From Promethearchaeia archaeon (GTDB lineage: Archaea; Asgardarchaeota; Lokiarchaeia; Sigyniarchaeales; SOKP01): a stretch of 32,000 nt of DNA. The number at the start of each line of letters is the position of its first letter. The stretch's first letter is position 1. Where the stretch lies: assembly GCA_046497275.1 (NCBI GenBank), contig JAWOFX010000148.1, forward strand, positions 2,525 to 34,524, in the 5' to 3' direction. A program made the position numbers and the translations under genes. Below the pieces are notes generated by a model. That model searched no databases, was not told the origin of the DNA, and was given only the letters and a program-made list of their open reading frames with translations. Of the stretch, positions 17,612-26,999 are shown piece by piece.

Positions 17612-18148
17612 TTGTCAGATGATAGGTTAATAGAATTAAGAGTAGAAAATCGAAGATTAAAACAAGAAGTTGAAAATTTGGAAAACAAGATATTAACTTT
17701 AGTTGGTAATGTCGAAATAGGGATTTCAGGTGGTCCAAACAATAATAATTTGATTAATGATGAAATTATCAATCTAATAGGGTCCACAAATCATCAACTT
17801 AATATTTTGTCACCAAAAATCGATAGATTTTATACTAATGAACTTATGAATCTTGCAAACAAAGGTCTTGAAATTAGAGTGGTAACGCTTGAAAGAAGTA
17901 ATATACCTAGTGAATTTTTAGAATATTATGATGAGTTAAAAAATGAGCGGAACATTAAAGTTATTAACAACCCTAATGTCGCTAGTCTATTACTATTTAA
18001 TGAAAAGGAAGCTATCTTTACACAGGGTTCATTAGATAAAAAAGAGTTACAGGAGTCAATGTTAATTGAAACCAAAGTTAAATCCATGACCACTTTGGAA
18101 ACAATTAGAGAATATTATAATTTATTTCTTCCGTCTTTTATGAGATAA
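17612..18148 (+). CDS. Leucine-zipper plus PLD/TrmB-C-like fold protein, HKD motif degenerate
   Basis: N-terminal zipper LRVENRRLKQEVENLENKI, then I.NLI....LNILSP.I, L..L..KGL.IRVVT, and VASLLLFNEKEAIFTQGSL in place of HxKxxxxDxxxxxxGSxN. TTG start. Confidence 0.72.
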   Translation: MSDDRLIELRVENRRLKQEVENLENKILTLVGNVEIGISGGPNNNNLINDEIINLIGSTNHQLNILSPKIDRFYTNELMNLANKGLEIRVVTLERSNIPSEFLEYYDELKNERNIKVINNPNVASLLLFNEKEAIFTQGSLDKKELQESMLIETKVKSMTTLETIREYYNLFLPSFMR

Positions 18149-18288
18149 ATTACTAATTCTCGCTAAATTTTTAAATTATTTATCAATAAATCGTAGATTT
18201 TGATAATCTTCTTTTTTCTTAATAATTATTTTAAAAATTAAAGGGATATTTAAATATAATTAAAAAAGATTAGTTGGATATTTAAGAA

Positions 18289-20499
18289 ATGTCTGAGAAG
18301 AAAGTAATCACCGCAAATAGCATAGTGGAATTATTTGGAAAAGGAACCAAGCTTTATGTAAAAATCTCAGAAAATATTCATAATCAAATAGAAAATAATA
18401 AAAAATTATTTCATAAGAAACTTGGAATCTGGAAAAAAATATTTCACCCAATTTATGAAACAAAATCTGATAAAGAGTTATTTTTAGACCATTTAATTTA
18501 CTCAAACATATTATATGTGATTCTTCTCATTAGAATATCGAAAAAAAATCATATTCAATTTAAAAAAATCTATAATCAATATAAAACAAAAGATTTTGAG
18601 ATAATATCTGATCAAATAATAGATTTATTCAAATGGATAAAAATTCAAGAGAATATTTTTAAAGAAATATATGATATAATTGTTGATACTCATTTAGGGT
18701 CGGAAGATTTGTTTCACTCACTTTATCAACAGATTTTTCAATCTTCTATCAGGCATCTCGCTGGTGAGTTTTACACTCCTTCAAAATTAGTTGAAAAAAT
18801 GGTGAGCGATACCTATAAATTTGGGAAAAAAGTGTTAGATCCATCGTGTGGTTCAGGTAATTTTCTTATGGAGATTATTTCAAGAATAATCAAATCAGAG
18901 AAACCAATTAATTCTAAATATGAAGCACTAAACAATCTTTTTGGGTTCGACATTAATCCATTAGCAATTTACACATTAAAGATAAATGTAATTTTGATTC
19001 TTCATGAAAATTTCTCGGACATTAATCTTAATAAATTTGATTTGAATTTTTATGTGCTTGATTCTCTCTTCCCAGAAAATTCTCGAAAAGATCCTAATCT
19101 CAGATTAAAAAATATTTACAATTCATTTGATTTAATTATCGGAAACCCTCCTTGGTTAACATATAAGGATATCTATGATAAAGCATATCAGAAGAATATA
19201 AGAAAATTGGCCGATACTCTTAATATTAAACCCAAAAGTCAATATATTACCCATATTGAATTAGCCACAATTTTTTTTTATGCTATTCCAAAAAAATTTT
19301 CAAAAATTAATGGCATTATCTTTTTTGTGATCACTAAAAGTGTTATAAATGGAGATCATTGCAGGAAGTTCAGATCATTTAAATTTTTCAATAATCTTGA
19401 AATATGGGATTTTCCCGATGATTATAACTTCAATGTGAATCATGTTTGCATAAAAGCTAAATATATAGGAGAGAAAAAGGAACCTATTCAAGAAAAATAT
19501 CCGATTTTAACCAAAATTTTTGATGCTGCATTAAATCTTAAGGAAGAGTTGCTATATTCATCCCTAAAATTAGAAGAAGATGGTGCATTACTACTATTAC
19601 CTCAAAAAGATTTAGATCATTTATCAAATTTTAAATATAGTAGATATAAAGATAAATTTTATCAAGGTGCGACACTGGTTCCTAGACCATTAATATTTTT
19701 CCAAGTCACTGAAAAAAAAGATAATATTCTTATCATTTCTTCGAGTAAAGATATTCTTTCACGGTCAAAAAATAAGTGGAGATTTGAATTTAAAAATAAG
19801 AAAATTGAAGAAAATTTTAGATATAAAACATTTCTTAACAAAGATCTAGTACCTTTTTTCTTGAAAAGAGAGCGAGATGTATTTCTACCCATTGATCTAA
19901 CTGATTTTGATTTTAAAATTAATTATTTACAAAAATTTCCACAAGCTTTCACATTTTATAAGGAAATGAATGAGATTTATAAATCTCGCAAAAAAGCCAC
20001 AAGTGATATAAACACTTTATTTTCTAATTTGAATTATTGGAATAAATTAACCAAGCAAAAAAAAACAGAGCCATATCTGGTAATATATAATGCCAGTGGC
20101 TCCTATTTGAAATCAGCTGTGATCGAGCAATTTGAAAAAAAAATTATTGTTGGTTCTGAAAATTATTATTATGCCACTGACCAAAAAAATGAAGCTTATT
20201 ATCTTACCGCTATTTTAAACAGTCCTATCTTAACTAAGTATATCAAAATGATTAAGAGCTCACGGCATATTCATAAACGCCCATTCTCTTTTCCAATTCC
20301 AATTTATGATAATAAAAATGAATCGCATTATAAGCTTGCTCATAAAGGAAAAAAATATACTTCTTATGCCCACGATATTGTCTATAATAATCCAAAAATT
20401 ACTCCGCGAAAAATAAGAATGATTTTAAATCAGAATTTAAAAAAATTAGATCCTATAGCCAGAAATGTGCTTTTTAATCAGAAAATTCATAAAGAATAA
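18289..20499 (+). CDS. N6-adenine DNA methyltransferase with fused specificity region (Eco57I/Type IIG-like)
   Basis: Motif X GEFYTP, motif I LDPSCGSGNF, GFDINP, motif IV IIGNPPW; C-terminal TRD-like YYL.AILNS. Confidence 0.88.
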   Translation: MSEKKVITANSIVELFGKGTKLYVKISENIHNQIENNKKLFHKKLGIWKKIFHPIYETKSDKELFLDHLIYSNILYVILLIRISKKNHIQFKKIYNQYKTKDFEIISDQIIDLFKWIKIQENIFKEIYDIIVDTHLGSEDLFHSLYQQIFQSSIRHLAGEFYTPSKLVEKMVSDTYKFGKKVLDPSCGSGNFLMEIISRIIKSEKPINSKYEALNNLFGFDINPLAIYTLKINVILILHENFSDINLNKFDLNFYVLDSLFPENSRKDPNLRLKNIYNSFDLIIGNPPWLTYKDIYDKAYQKNIRKLADTLNIKPKSQYITHIELATIFFYAIPKKFSKINGIIFFVITKSVINGDHCRKFRSFKFFNNLEIWDFPDDYNFNVNHVCIKAKYIGEKKEPIQEKYPILTKIFDAALNLKEELLYSSLKLEEDGALLLLPQKDLDHLSNFKYSRYKDKFYQGATLVPRPLIFFQVTEKKDNILIISSSKDILSRSKNKWRFEFKNKKIEENFRYKTFLNKDLVPFFLKRERDVFLPIDLTDFDFKINYLQKFPQAFTFYKEMNEIYKSRKKATSDINTLFSNLNYWNKLTKQKKTEPYLVIYNASGSYLKSAVIEQFEKKIIVGSENYYYATDQKNEAYYLTAILNSPILTKYIKMIKSSRHIHKRPFSFPIPIYDNKNESHYKLAHKGKKYTSYAHDIVYNNPKITPRKIRMILNQNLKKLDPIARNVLFNQKIHKE

Positions 20500-20510
20500 A
20501 AAATTAAAAT

Positions 20511-22370
20511 TTAAATTGCCAATTCTTCAATTTTCTCTTTAGTTGGGCATCCTGTCTCCCAATCCCATCCAGCATATTTGTAGAATTTCTTAAGATTATT
20601 TTCAAGATCTAATTTCACATTCATAGTCCCTCCGCTATGGAGTACTTTAGTAACTATATTGGGCAATTTATCATCTTCTCTAGTAATTCCAAGTTTACAA
20701 TTAATTATTCGTTTTAATTGATTTCCTCTCTCTCCTGCTTCTAAAGCACCTTTTTTTTTACCTAATTCCTTAAATCCTGTGGATGCTCCTAATAATCTCG
20801 CAAGCTGAGCTTGTTGAATGTGAGAAAAATTACAAATTACACTTGAATCATATAAATTCGTCAAATTCCAATATAATACTAATCCTTTTTCCTTTCCATC
20901 GGGATTAAACCTTTCACCTGTCTTAACTCGTGGGATTGCTGCAGTGTCTCCCTCTATATTAAAAATATCGGGTTTTTCATGACTTGCCCCTATATTGCAT
21001 ATTTCATAAGCTAGTGCCTGTATTGCATAAGCTCGAGGATCATGCATGGGTATTTCTAAGCCTTTAACATGAGCTGCAAGTCCAGGATCTACATCTAATT
21101 CTTCAGCTATACGTTTTACACCTTCAGCGAGTAGATCTCCAATTGCTTCTCTATTAACAATTTGGGGAAGCAATTTAACCATTATCTCAGCATTTCCAAA
21201 TTTAAGATCGTCATAATTCATGTCTTTTAATAAATTTGTTATTTTATCCTCAGCAAGTCCTTCTTCACCTAAATAAAAGAGAAAAGCAATACTTACACCC
21301 GCAGAAATGGTATCTATCCCTTCCAAATTGCATAAATGATTACATTTGAGTATTGGATCCCATTCTAAAACATCACATAGAGGACCAAATGCGGCTGCTG
21401 TTTCGTATTCTGGACCATGGATTTTCAATTCTTCCCCATTCTCTTCCATTATTGTTAATCTTCCGCACGCAACGCTGCATCCAGCACAATTATAATTTAA
21501 GACGGGATAATTCTCTTTTAATGCTCTGCCCGTAAGATATTCTGCTTTAAAATCAGTAGAGGTAAAATATCTATGAGGAACATCTCCTAAAACCATTCCC
21601 ATATCCATATAACATAGAGTACCGTAGTGATTGAAGAAATTAAGACCAAAACTCTGCTCCATCACTGTTCTAATTGGCCTAACTGTATCTCGCATTTTCT
21701 CCAAATCAGCATATTCGATCTTGTTAAATCCTTTTACAGCAATAGCTTTAAGTTTTTTACTTCCCATAATGGCACCCAATCCGCAGCGTCCAGCGGCTCT
21801 TCCCTCATCATTTATTATACACGCATATCTGACCTGATTTTCTCCAGCTTTTCCAATACAATTAATCCGAAATTTATCATCTCCCAAAAGTTCATGTATT
21901 ATTTTAGTAGTTAAATGTGTATTTTTACCCCATAATTCACTTGCATCTTCAATCTCAATATCACCCTCTTTTATTATAATCATTTTAGGGTTATCTGTTT
22001 TACCTGTAAGAACGATTGCATCATAACCACTTTTTCTGAGCGCTACTGGAAAATATCCTCCGGATGTAGATTCACCCCAAATTCCTGTTAATGGTGAAAT
22101 AGCTGTAGCGCAATATCTACTACTTGATGGGACAATTGAGGCTGTTAACGGCCCAGTTGAAAATATCAATGGGTTCATTTCATTATAGGGGTCTTCCTTT
22201 AATTTTTTGAAATCTTCCTCATTAAGCAAATCGTAAGTGAGTTTTGCTGATAAACTGGCCCCTCCGATGTATTTTTTTGCTAAATTATCATCTAATTCTT
22301 CAACTCTAATATTATCATTCGATAAATTAATATACGCAATTTTTCCATTATATCCAAACATTTTTTCCAC
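20511..22370 (-). CDS. aor: Tungsten-dependent aldehyde:ferredoxin oxidoreductase family protein
   Basis: GYNGKI..INLS, SPLTG.WGES.SGG, AAGR.G.GA.MGSKKLKAI, CAGCSVAC, GPEYET, EGIDTIS, HVKGLE.P.HDPR and YY..GWD-like C-terminus. Start is GTG 22370 or ATG 22361. Confidence 0.93.
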   Translation of the reverse strand: MEKMFGYNGKIAYINLSNDNIRVEELDDNLAKKYIGGASLSAKLTYDLLNEEDFKKLKEDPYNEMNPLIFSTGPLTASIVPSSSRYCATAISPLTGIWGESTSGGYFPVALRKSGYDAIVLTGKTDNPKMIIIKEGDIEIEDASELWGKNTHLTTKIIHELLGDDKFRINCIGKAGENQVRYACIINDEGRAAGRCGLGAIMGSKKLKAIAVKGFNKIEYADLEKMRDTVRPIRTVMEQSFGLNFFNHYGTLCYMDMGMVLGDVPHRYFTSTDFKAEYLTGRALKENYPVLNYNCAGCSVACGRLTIMEENGEELKIHGPEYETAAAFGPLCDVLEWDPILKCNHLCNLEGIDTISAGVSIAFLFYLGEEGLAEDKITNLLKDMNYDDLKFGNAEIMVKLLPQIVNREAIGDLLAEGVKRIAEELDVDPGLAAHVKGLEIPMHDPRAYAIQALAYEICNIGASHEKPDIFNIEGDTAAIPRVKTGERFNPDGKEKGLVLYWNLTNLYDSSVICNFSHIQQAQLARLLGASTGFKELGKKKGALEAGERGNQLKRIINCKLGITREDDKLPNIVTKVLHSGGTMNVKLDLENNLKKFYKYAGWDWETGCPTKEKIEELAI

Positions 22371-22373
22371 CTT

Positions 22374-23780
22374 TTACATTTTAGATAATTTAATTAAATC
22401 TTCAATATCATTATCCCACGCAATTTCGTAGACTCGGCGAATATTTTCAAGTGTGAAAGGTCTACTTGAATATAAAGCACAAGTGTCGCTCCATGCTTGA
22501 TGAGACAAGGTTCCCAGTTTTTTTTCATATTCAGCTTTATCAATTTTGGGTGTTTTTAATTCCGATACAGATTTAGGAGCACCCACCATATCCATAAATT
22601 TCTTAAGATTTGATAGGAAATTTCTTAACACATCCTCTCTGGACATATGAGCAATTTCATTTATGACTTCATATCGAGGTTTATCACTTAATACAATGGC
22701 ATATATCTCCGCAAGTTTGATAAATCTGTCAGTAACTTTTGCTTGATATGCCACAGACGGTGCTAGAAAAATACCTACAGTAATACCATGATGGACATGA
22801 TACGTTGCTCCAAATGAATGACCTAAAGCGTGTTCAATCCCAGCAGCACTGGTATTTATGAATCCTATACCCGCAAGATAAGCAGCTAATTGCATTTTTT
22901 CTCGAGCCTCCATATCATTTCCACGTTTCACTGCTCTGGGTAAATATTTTAAAATTAATTCAATTCCCGCTATATTCATTGCATCTGTAAATGGTGAACT
23001 TCCGATTAAAACATATGCACCAGTAGCATGCGCTAAAGCGTCCATTCCTGTTCCCATTGTAAGCCATGTGGGCATTGTTTTTACAAAATCGGGATGTAAG
23101 ACCACAAAATCTGGGCAAAATTCATAAAGAGCAACGGCAACTTTTACAGGCGGTTTCCTTGTATCATCATAAATCATCGCATTGAAAGAACCTTCTGCTC
23201 CTGTACCACTCGTAGTAGGGATTGCAGCTAGAATATAAACCTTTTTTCTGAGTCCTAAATAACTAGGAGGCATCATTTGATTCACATTGATTTCAGGTTT
23301 TTCATAATAAAGGAGAATAAGTTTAGACATATCAATGGCCGAGCCTCCACCAATAGCTATAAACACTTTAGGATCAAATTCTTTACAAATGTCAATAGCT
23401 TTATTGATTTTTGTTTTGGGCACTTCTGGAAGAACCTCATCGAAGATACGGCTTTCTATATCTCGTTTTTCTTTAAGAAATGCCGCAACCTGTTCTCCAA
23501 ATTTTCTTAAATCTTTATCTACGATAATAAGAACTCTTTTCTCATCTTCATCTAAAAAAGCACCTAAATGTATTGTAAAATCTGTTAAACTATTTGTTCC
23601 GGTGAAAACTGTCTTAGGAGTGGTAATTGGTAAATGATACCCCTTCATAGCGTTGGAGGCACTCTTTACATAAAGATTGCGCAGATTTGGATCTTCATAC
23701 CAAGTGAGTTCTCTTCTTGATTTTGATGATTTTTTTACTGGCTCTGATTTAGATTCTTGATCAGATTTACTTTTAGACAT
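22374..23780 (-). CDS. Iron-containing alcohol dehydrogenase
   Basis: IGGGSAID, IPTTSGTGAE, and metal ligands DALAH, HALGH and HG. Its stop lies 3 nt before the aor start. Confidence 0.92.
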   Translation of the reverse strand: MSKSKSDQESKSEPVKKSSKSRRELTWYEDPNLRNLYVKSASNAMKGYHLPITTPKTVFTGTNSLTDFTIHLGAFLDEDEKRVLIIVDKDLRKFGEQVAAFLKEKRDIESRIFDEVLPEVPKTKINKAIDICKEFDPKVFIAIGGGSAIDMSKLILLYYEKPEINVNQMMPPSYLGLRKKVYILAAIPTTSGTGAEGSFNAMIYDDTRKPPVKVAVALYEFCPDFVVLHPDFVKTMPTWLTMGTGMDALAHATGAYVLIGSSPFTDAMNIAGIELILKYLPRAVKRGNDMEAREKMQLAAYLAGIGFINTSAAGIEHALGHSFGATYHVHHGITVGIFLAPSVAYQAKVTDRFIKLAEIYAIVLSDKPRYEVINEIAHMSREDVLRNFLSNLKKFMDMVGAPKSVSELKTPKIDKAEYEKKLGTLSHQAWSDTCALYSSRPFTLENIRRVYEIAWDNDIEDLIKLSKM

Positions 23781-24003
23781 TTTACTAACACTTTTTTAAC
23801 AAATTTATTTTAGAAATAAATTAAAGCTTTTACTTAATATTATTATTAGAGAGAAACCTATTTAATTGTAATATCTCAAATTGGAAGTATTAATTGCTAT
23901 AATTTAAAAAATGTTTTTTATGGTTTTGGTTTTATTTTAGACTCTATCCCTTTAATAGAAGTAGAAGAAAAGGTTTATTATAAGGTATTATTACTATTTT
24001 AAT

Positions 24004-24741
24004 ATGTTATTTCAAAATGCTATTAAAGATTATGAAATTCTCTATGGTCTTTTAAGCCTTATATTTGTTATTATTGCTCTTATAATTGGTATTCGGATAT
24101 TAACTAAATATTTCGAACTTAGAAAAAAAGAATTAATTACAGTTGGTCTGGCTTTAATTTTTCTTAGTTCAGCATGGTGGGGTTCTGCATTTTCTTTTTT
24201 GAGCTATATTATTTTTTCTTATGAATTTTCCCAGATTGAATTTATAATACTTGGAGATGCTTTTATTTTTATCGCATTAATATGTTGGATGTATTCCTTC
24301 CTTAGATTGGTATATCCGAATTTATTGAAAAAGGTGATGCCTATATATTTGATAATTTCTGCTTTAAATGAGATTCTGCTCTTCTATTTTTTAATTGTTG
24401 ATCCCGATCAAATTGCTACGATTGAGGGACATTTTAATTCAGAGCATTCGCTTTTTGGTTTGTCATTTATAATATTTTCTCTCGCTTCTGTATTGGTAAC
24501 AGGTATAATTTTTGCTAGAGAATCCATGAAATCAACATCCCCGAAACTGAAACTGAAGGGACAATTTATATTAACGGGTATTCTATCCTTCACTATTGGA
24601 GGCATTTTTGACGCAGGAGGGTTCACAAATCCAATAATATTGATTTTAATTAGAATTTTATTGATATCTAGCGCAGTTGAATATTATTTGGGATTTTTAA
24701 TGTCTGATCGAGTCGCAAACTTTTTGATCGGTAATAAATAG
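24004..24741 (+). CDS. Multi-pass (about 7 TM) membrane protein, unknown function
   Basis: Seven hydrophobic segments and no soluble output domain. Resemblance to 7TM sensor-input modules is weak inference. Confidence 0.78.
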   Translation: MLFQNAIKDYEILYGLLSLIFVIIALIIGIRILTKYFELRKKELITVGLALIFLSSAWWGSAFSFLSYIIFSYEFSQIEFIILGDAFIFIALICWMYSFLRLVYPNLLKKVMPIYLIISALNEILLFYFLIVDPDQIATIEGHFNSEHSLFGLSFIIFSLASVLVTGIIFARESMKSTSPKLKLKGQFILTGILSFTIGGIFDAGGFTNPIILILIRILLISSAVEYYLGFLMSDRVANFLIGNK

Positions 24742-24801
24742 GAGAGAGAGTTCTTAAATAAAAAAAATTAAATTTTTTACATTTCTTTTCAATTTCTTAT
24801 T

Positions 24802-25911
24802 ATGATTAATCCACTATATAAGAAATTAGCAGAAATCGCTGTGAAATATTCGATAAATGTTAGAGAAGACCAAAGAGTAATAATTAGGGGATCAAATGTT
24901 GCTCAAGAACTTGCGTTAGCTATTTATATTGAAGTTCTGAAAGCGGGAGCTCATCCCTTTATAAGTCTTAATATTGAAGGAGAAAAAGAAGCTCTTCTCA
25001 AATATGGTAATGATGAACAGATAACTTACATAGATAAGGTAATTTTAGACGCCTTTGAGGAGTTTGACGGATTGATCTCTATAAGATCAACTTATAACAC
25101 TCATTCCTTTGGATCCTTCGACCAAGAAAGATTAAGCAAGATGGTAGGAAGTGAAAATCAGAGAAAGATTTATACAACGACCCAAGAAAGAGAGTTGGCT
25201 GGAGAATTTGAATGGGTTGTTATTCCTTTTCCATGTGAAGCATATGCACAAGAGGCAAATATGGATATTCTAACATATTCTGAATTCGTACAAAAAGCAT
25301 TATTCATAGATAAAGAAGATCCAATTGGAGAATGGCAAAAAATAAATAAAAAACAAGAAAGAATCGCAGAATATTTGAATAAGAAAGAAGAAATACATGT
25401 AATTGGAGAAGACACAGATTTAACTCTTTCCGTTGATGGTAGAAAATGGATAAATTGTTCTGGGCAGAGAAATCTTCCTGATGGTGAAATCTTCACTAGT
25501 CCTCTGGAAGATGGTGTGGATGGAAAGATTAGATTTACTTATCCAGGTATTTATTCAGGTCAAGAAGTTGAAAATATTTACTTAGAATTTAAAGGTGGTA
25601 TACTAACGAAAGCAGAAGCCGCAAAAAACCAAAAATTATTAGAACATATTGTAAAAATTGACGGCGCAAATAAACTAGGAGAGTTCGCGGTAGGGACAAA
25701 TTATGGAATAACTCAATTTACTAAGAACATACTTTTTGACGAAAAATTGGGAGGAACTATCCATTGTGCCTTAGGGTTTGGTCCAAAAGAGACAGGTTCT
25801 CAAAATGAAAGCAGCATCCATTGGGATATTTTAAAAGATATGACGATCGAAGGTTCAAAAATCCTCGCTGATGATGAGATAATTTATAAAGAGGGAGAAT
25901 GGAAGATTTAA
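24802..25911 (+). CDS. Aminopeptidase, M29 (AmpS/PepS/aminopeptidase T) family
   Basis: NLPDGEIFTSP, LGEFAVG, ILFDEKLGGTIHCALG and SSIHWD motifs. Confidence 0.93.
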   Translation: MINPLYKKLAEIAVKYSINVREDQRVIIRGSNVAQELALAIYIEVLKAGAHPFISLNIEGEKEALLKYGNDEQITYIDKVILDAFEEFDGLISIRSTYNTHSFGSFDQERLSKMVGSENQRKIYTTTQERELAGEFEWVVIPFPCEAYAQEANMDILTYSEFVQKALFIDKEDPIGEWQKINKKQERIAEYLNKKEEIHVIGEDTDLTLSVDGRKWINCSGQRNLPDGEIFTSPLEDGVDGKIRFTYPGIYSGQEVENIYLEFKGGILTKAEAAKNQKLLEHIVKIDGANKLGEFAVGTNYGITQFTKNILFDEKLGGTIHCALGFGPKETGSQNESSIHWDILKDMTIEGSKILADDEIIYKEGEWKI

Positions 25912-25920
25912 AATCATTAA

Positions 25921-25945
25921 TATTTTTTTCTTTTCTTTTCTTTTA
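25921..25945 (+). terminator. Candidate oligo(T) archaeal terminator
   Basis: TATTTTTTTCTTTTCTTTTCTTTTA begins 10 nt after the aminopeptidase stop. Confidence 0.45.
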
Positions 25946-26274
25946 TCTAAGCAAACTTATTTATCTTTACCAAATGATTCAGATCTAAAGGAAAAAGATT
26001 ATTTAATACTAGATCTAAAATTATTTAATAACGAATAAGAATATTTGATTTTGTCTATAACTAACTTAATTTTATCCCAAAAGGTTAAAACAGAAATTAT
26101 TATCCATGATATCTAGCTCATACCATAAAGTTTTTTGGAATACATATTTTTATATTCATTAACTTTTATAGTCTTAATATAAAAAAGTTAAATTAACTAA
26201 AATCATGATTCGCAAATTTTGAAAGAAAAATGACTATTCAAAACAAATATATAAATGGAAGAGGTGGTGAATAG

Positions 26275-26889
26275 ATTCCTTCACGTCGTGGTGATGGCAC
26301 TCTGGTCTTCAAAGTATGCTTTTACGGACCATCCTTAGGAGGGAAGACCACTGCATTGGACTGGGTCTATCGGAAGGAGGGACTCGCTTCAGGAGATATG
26401 CAGCAAATTCAGGATCCTACTGGCCGAACACTTTTTTTTGATAGAGTTGTTGCTAAAGTATCAAATGTAGTTTTTCAAGTATATACTGTTGCGGGTCAGC
26501 GAAGACATAAATTTCAGAGACAAACTGTATTAAAAGGAACAGATTCAATTATTTTTGTCTGGGACAGCTTAATTGATCAATGGGAAGAAAATATATGGTC
26601 CCTTAAAGAATTATTAAAATTTTACGGTAATAAATTACTTCCAAAAGGACCTGGAGAGCCTCCAGAAGTACCGATGGTTGTTTTGGCAAACAAGAGAGAT
26701 TTAGAGGATATTGTGGATGTATCTAAAGTTCGACAAGTATTAGATACAGCTAAGCTAGGTGAAACATTGATTTATGAGACTATTGCGATAACTGGAGTAA
26801 ATGTAAAGCGAGGTTTCGTGTATGCTGCAAGACAAGCAGTTTTAAACCATTATAAGAAATTATCCGGTCAAACGATGGAAAAGACATAA
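26275..26889 (+). CDS. MglA-like small GTPase (Arf/MglA group); probable non-AUG (ATT) start
   Basis: The frame of the track ORF (26356) extends upstream through the P-loop GPSLGGKTT to ATT at 26275, directly after an in-frame TAG. Also RTLFFD, TVAGQ (G3), NKRD (G4) and TIA (G5). SD-like GAGGTGGTGA at 26261-26270. Confidence 0.9.
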   Translation: MPSRRGDGTLVFKVCFYGPSLGGKTTALDWVYRKEGLASGDMQQIQDPTGRTLFFDRVVAKVSNVVFQVYTVAGQRRHKFQRQTVLKGTDSIIFVWDSLIDQWEENIWSLKELLKFYGNKLLPKGPGEPPEVPMVVLANKRDLEDIVDVSKVRQVLDTAKLGETLIYETIAITGVNVKRGFVYAARQAVLNHYKKLSGQTMEKT

Positions 26890-26999
26890 GGAATTTCAAT
26901 TTTTTTACCCTTCTTAACATATTTTTACCTGATTCTTATAAGATTTATTCATAATGATAAATTCATTTTATAATTAAAATAAAAAGAAAGAGGAAGATT

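Noticed and set aside
14946-20499. CHAT + PLD + methylase as an antiviral defence island
   Set aside because: The CHAT and PLD catalytic residues are absent and the genes are coupled to an Arp. The methylase is 140 nt downstream and may be independent. Not fully excluded.
26356-26889. Truncated or pseudogenised GTPase lacking a P-loop
   Set aside because: The same frame continues upstream through an intact GxxxxGKT with no frameshift; only the start codon is atypical.
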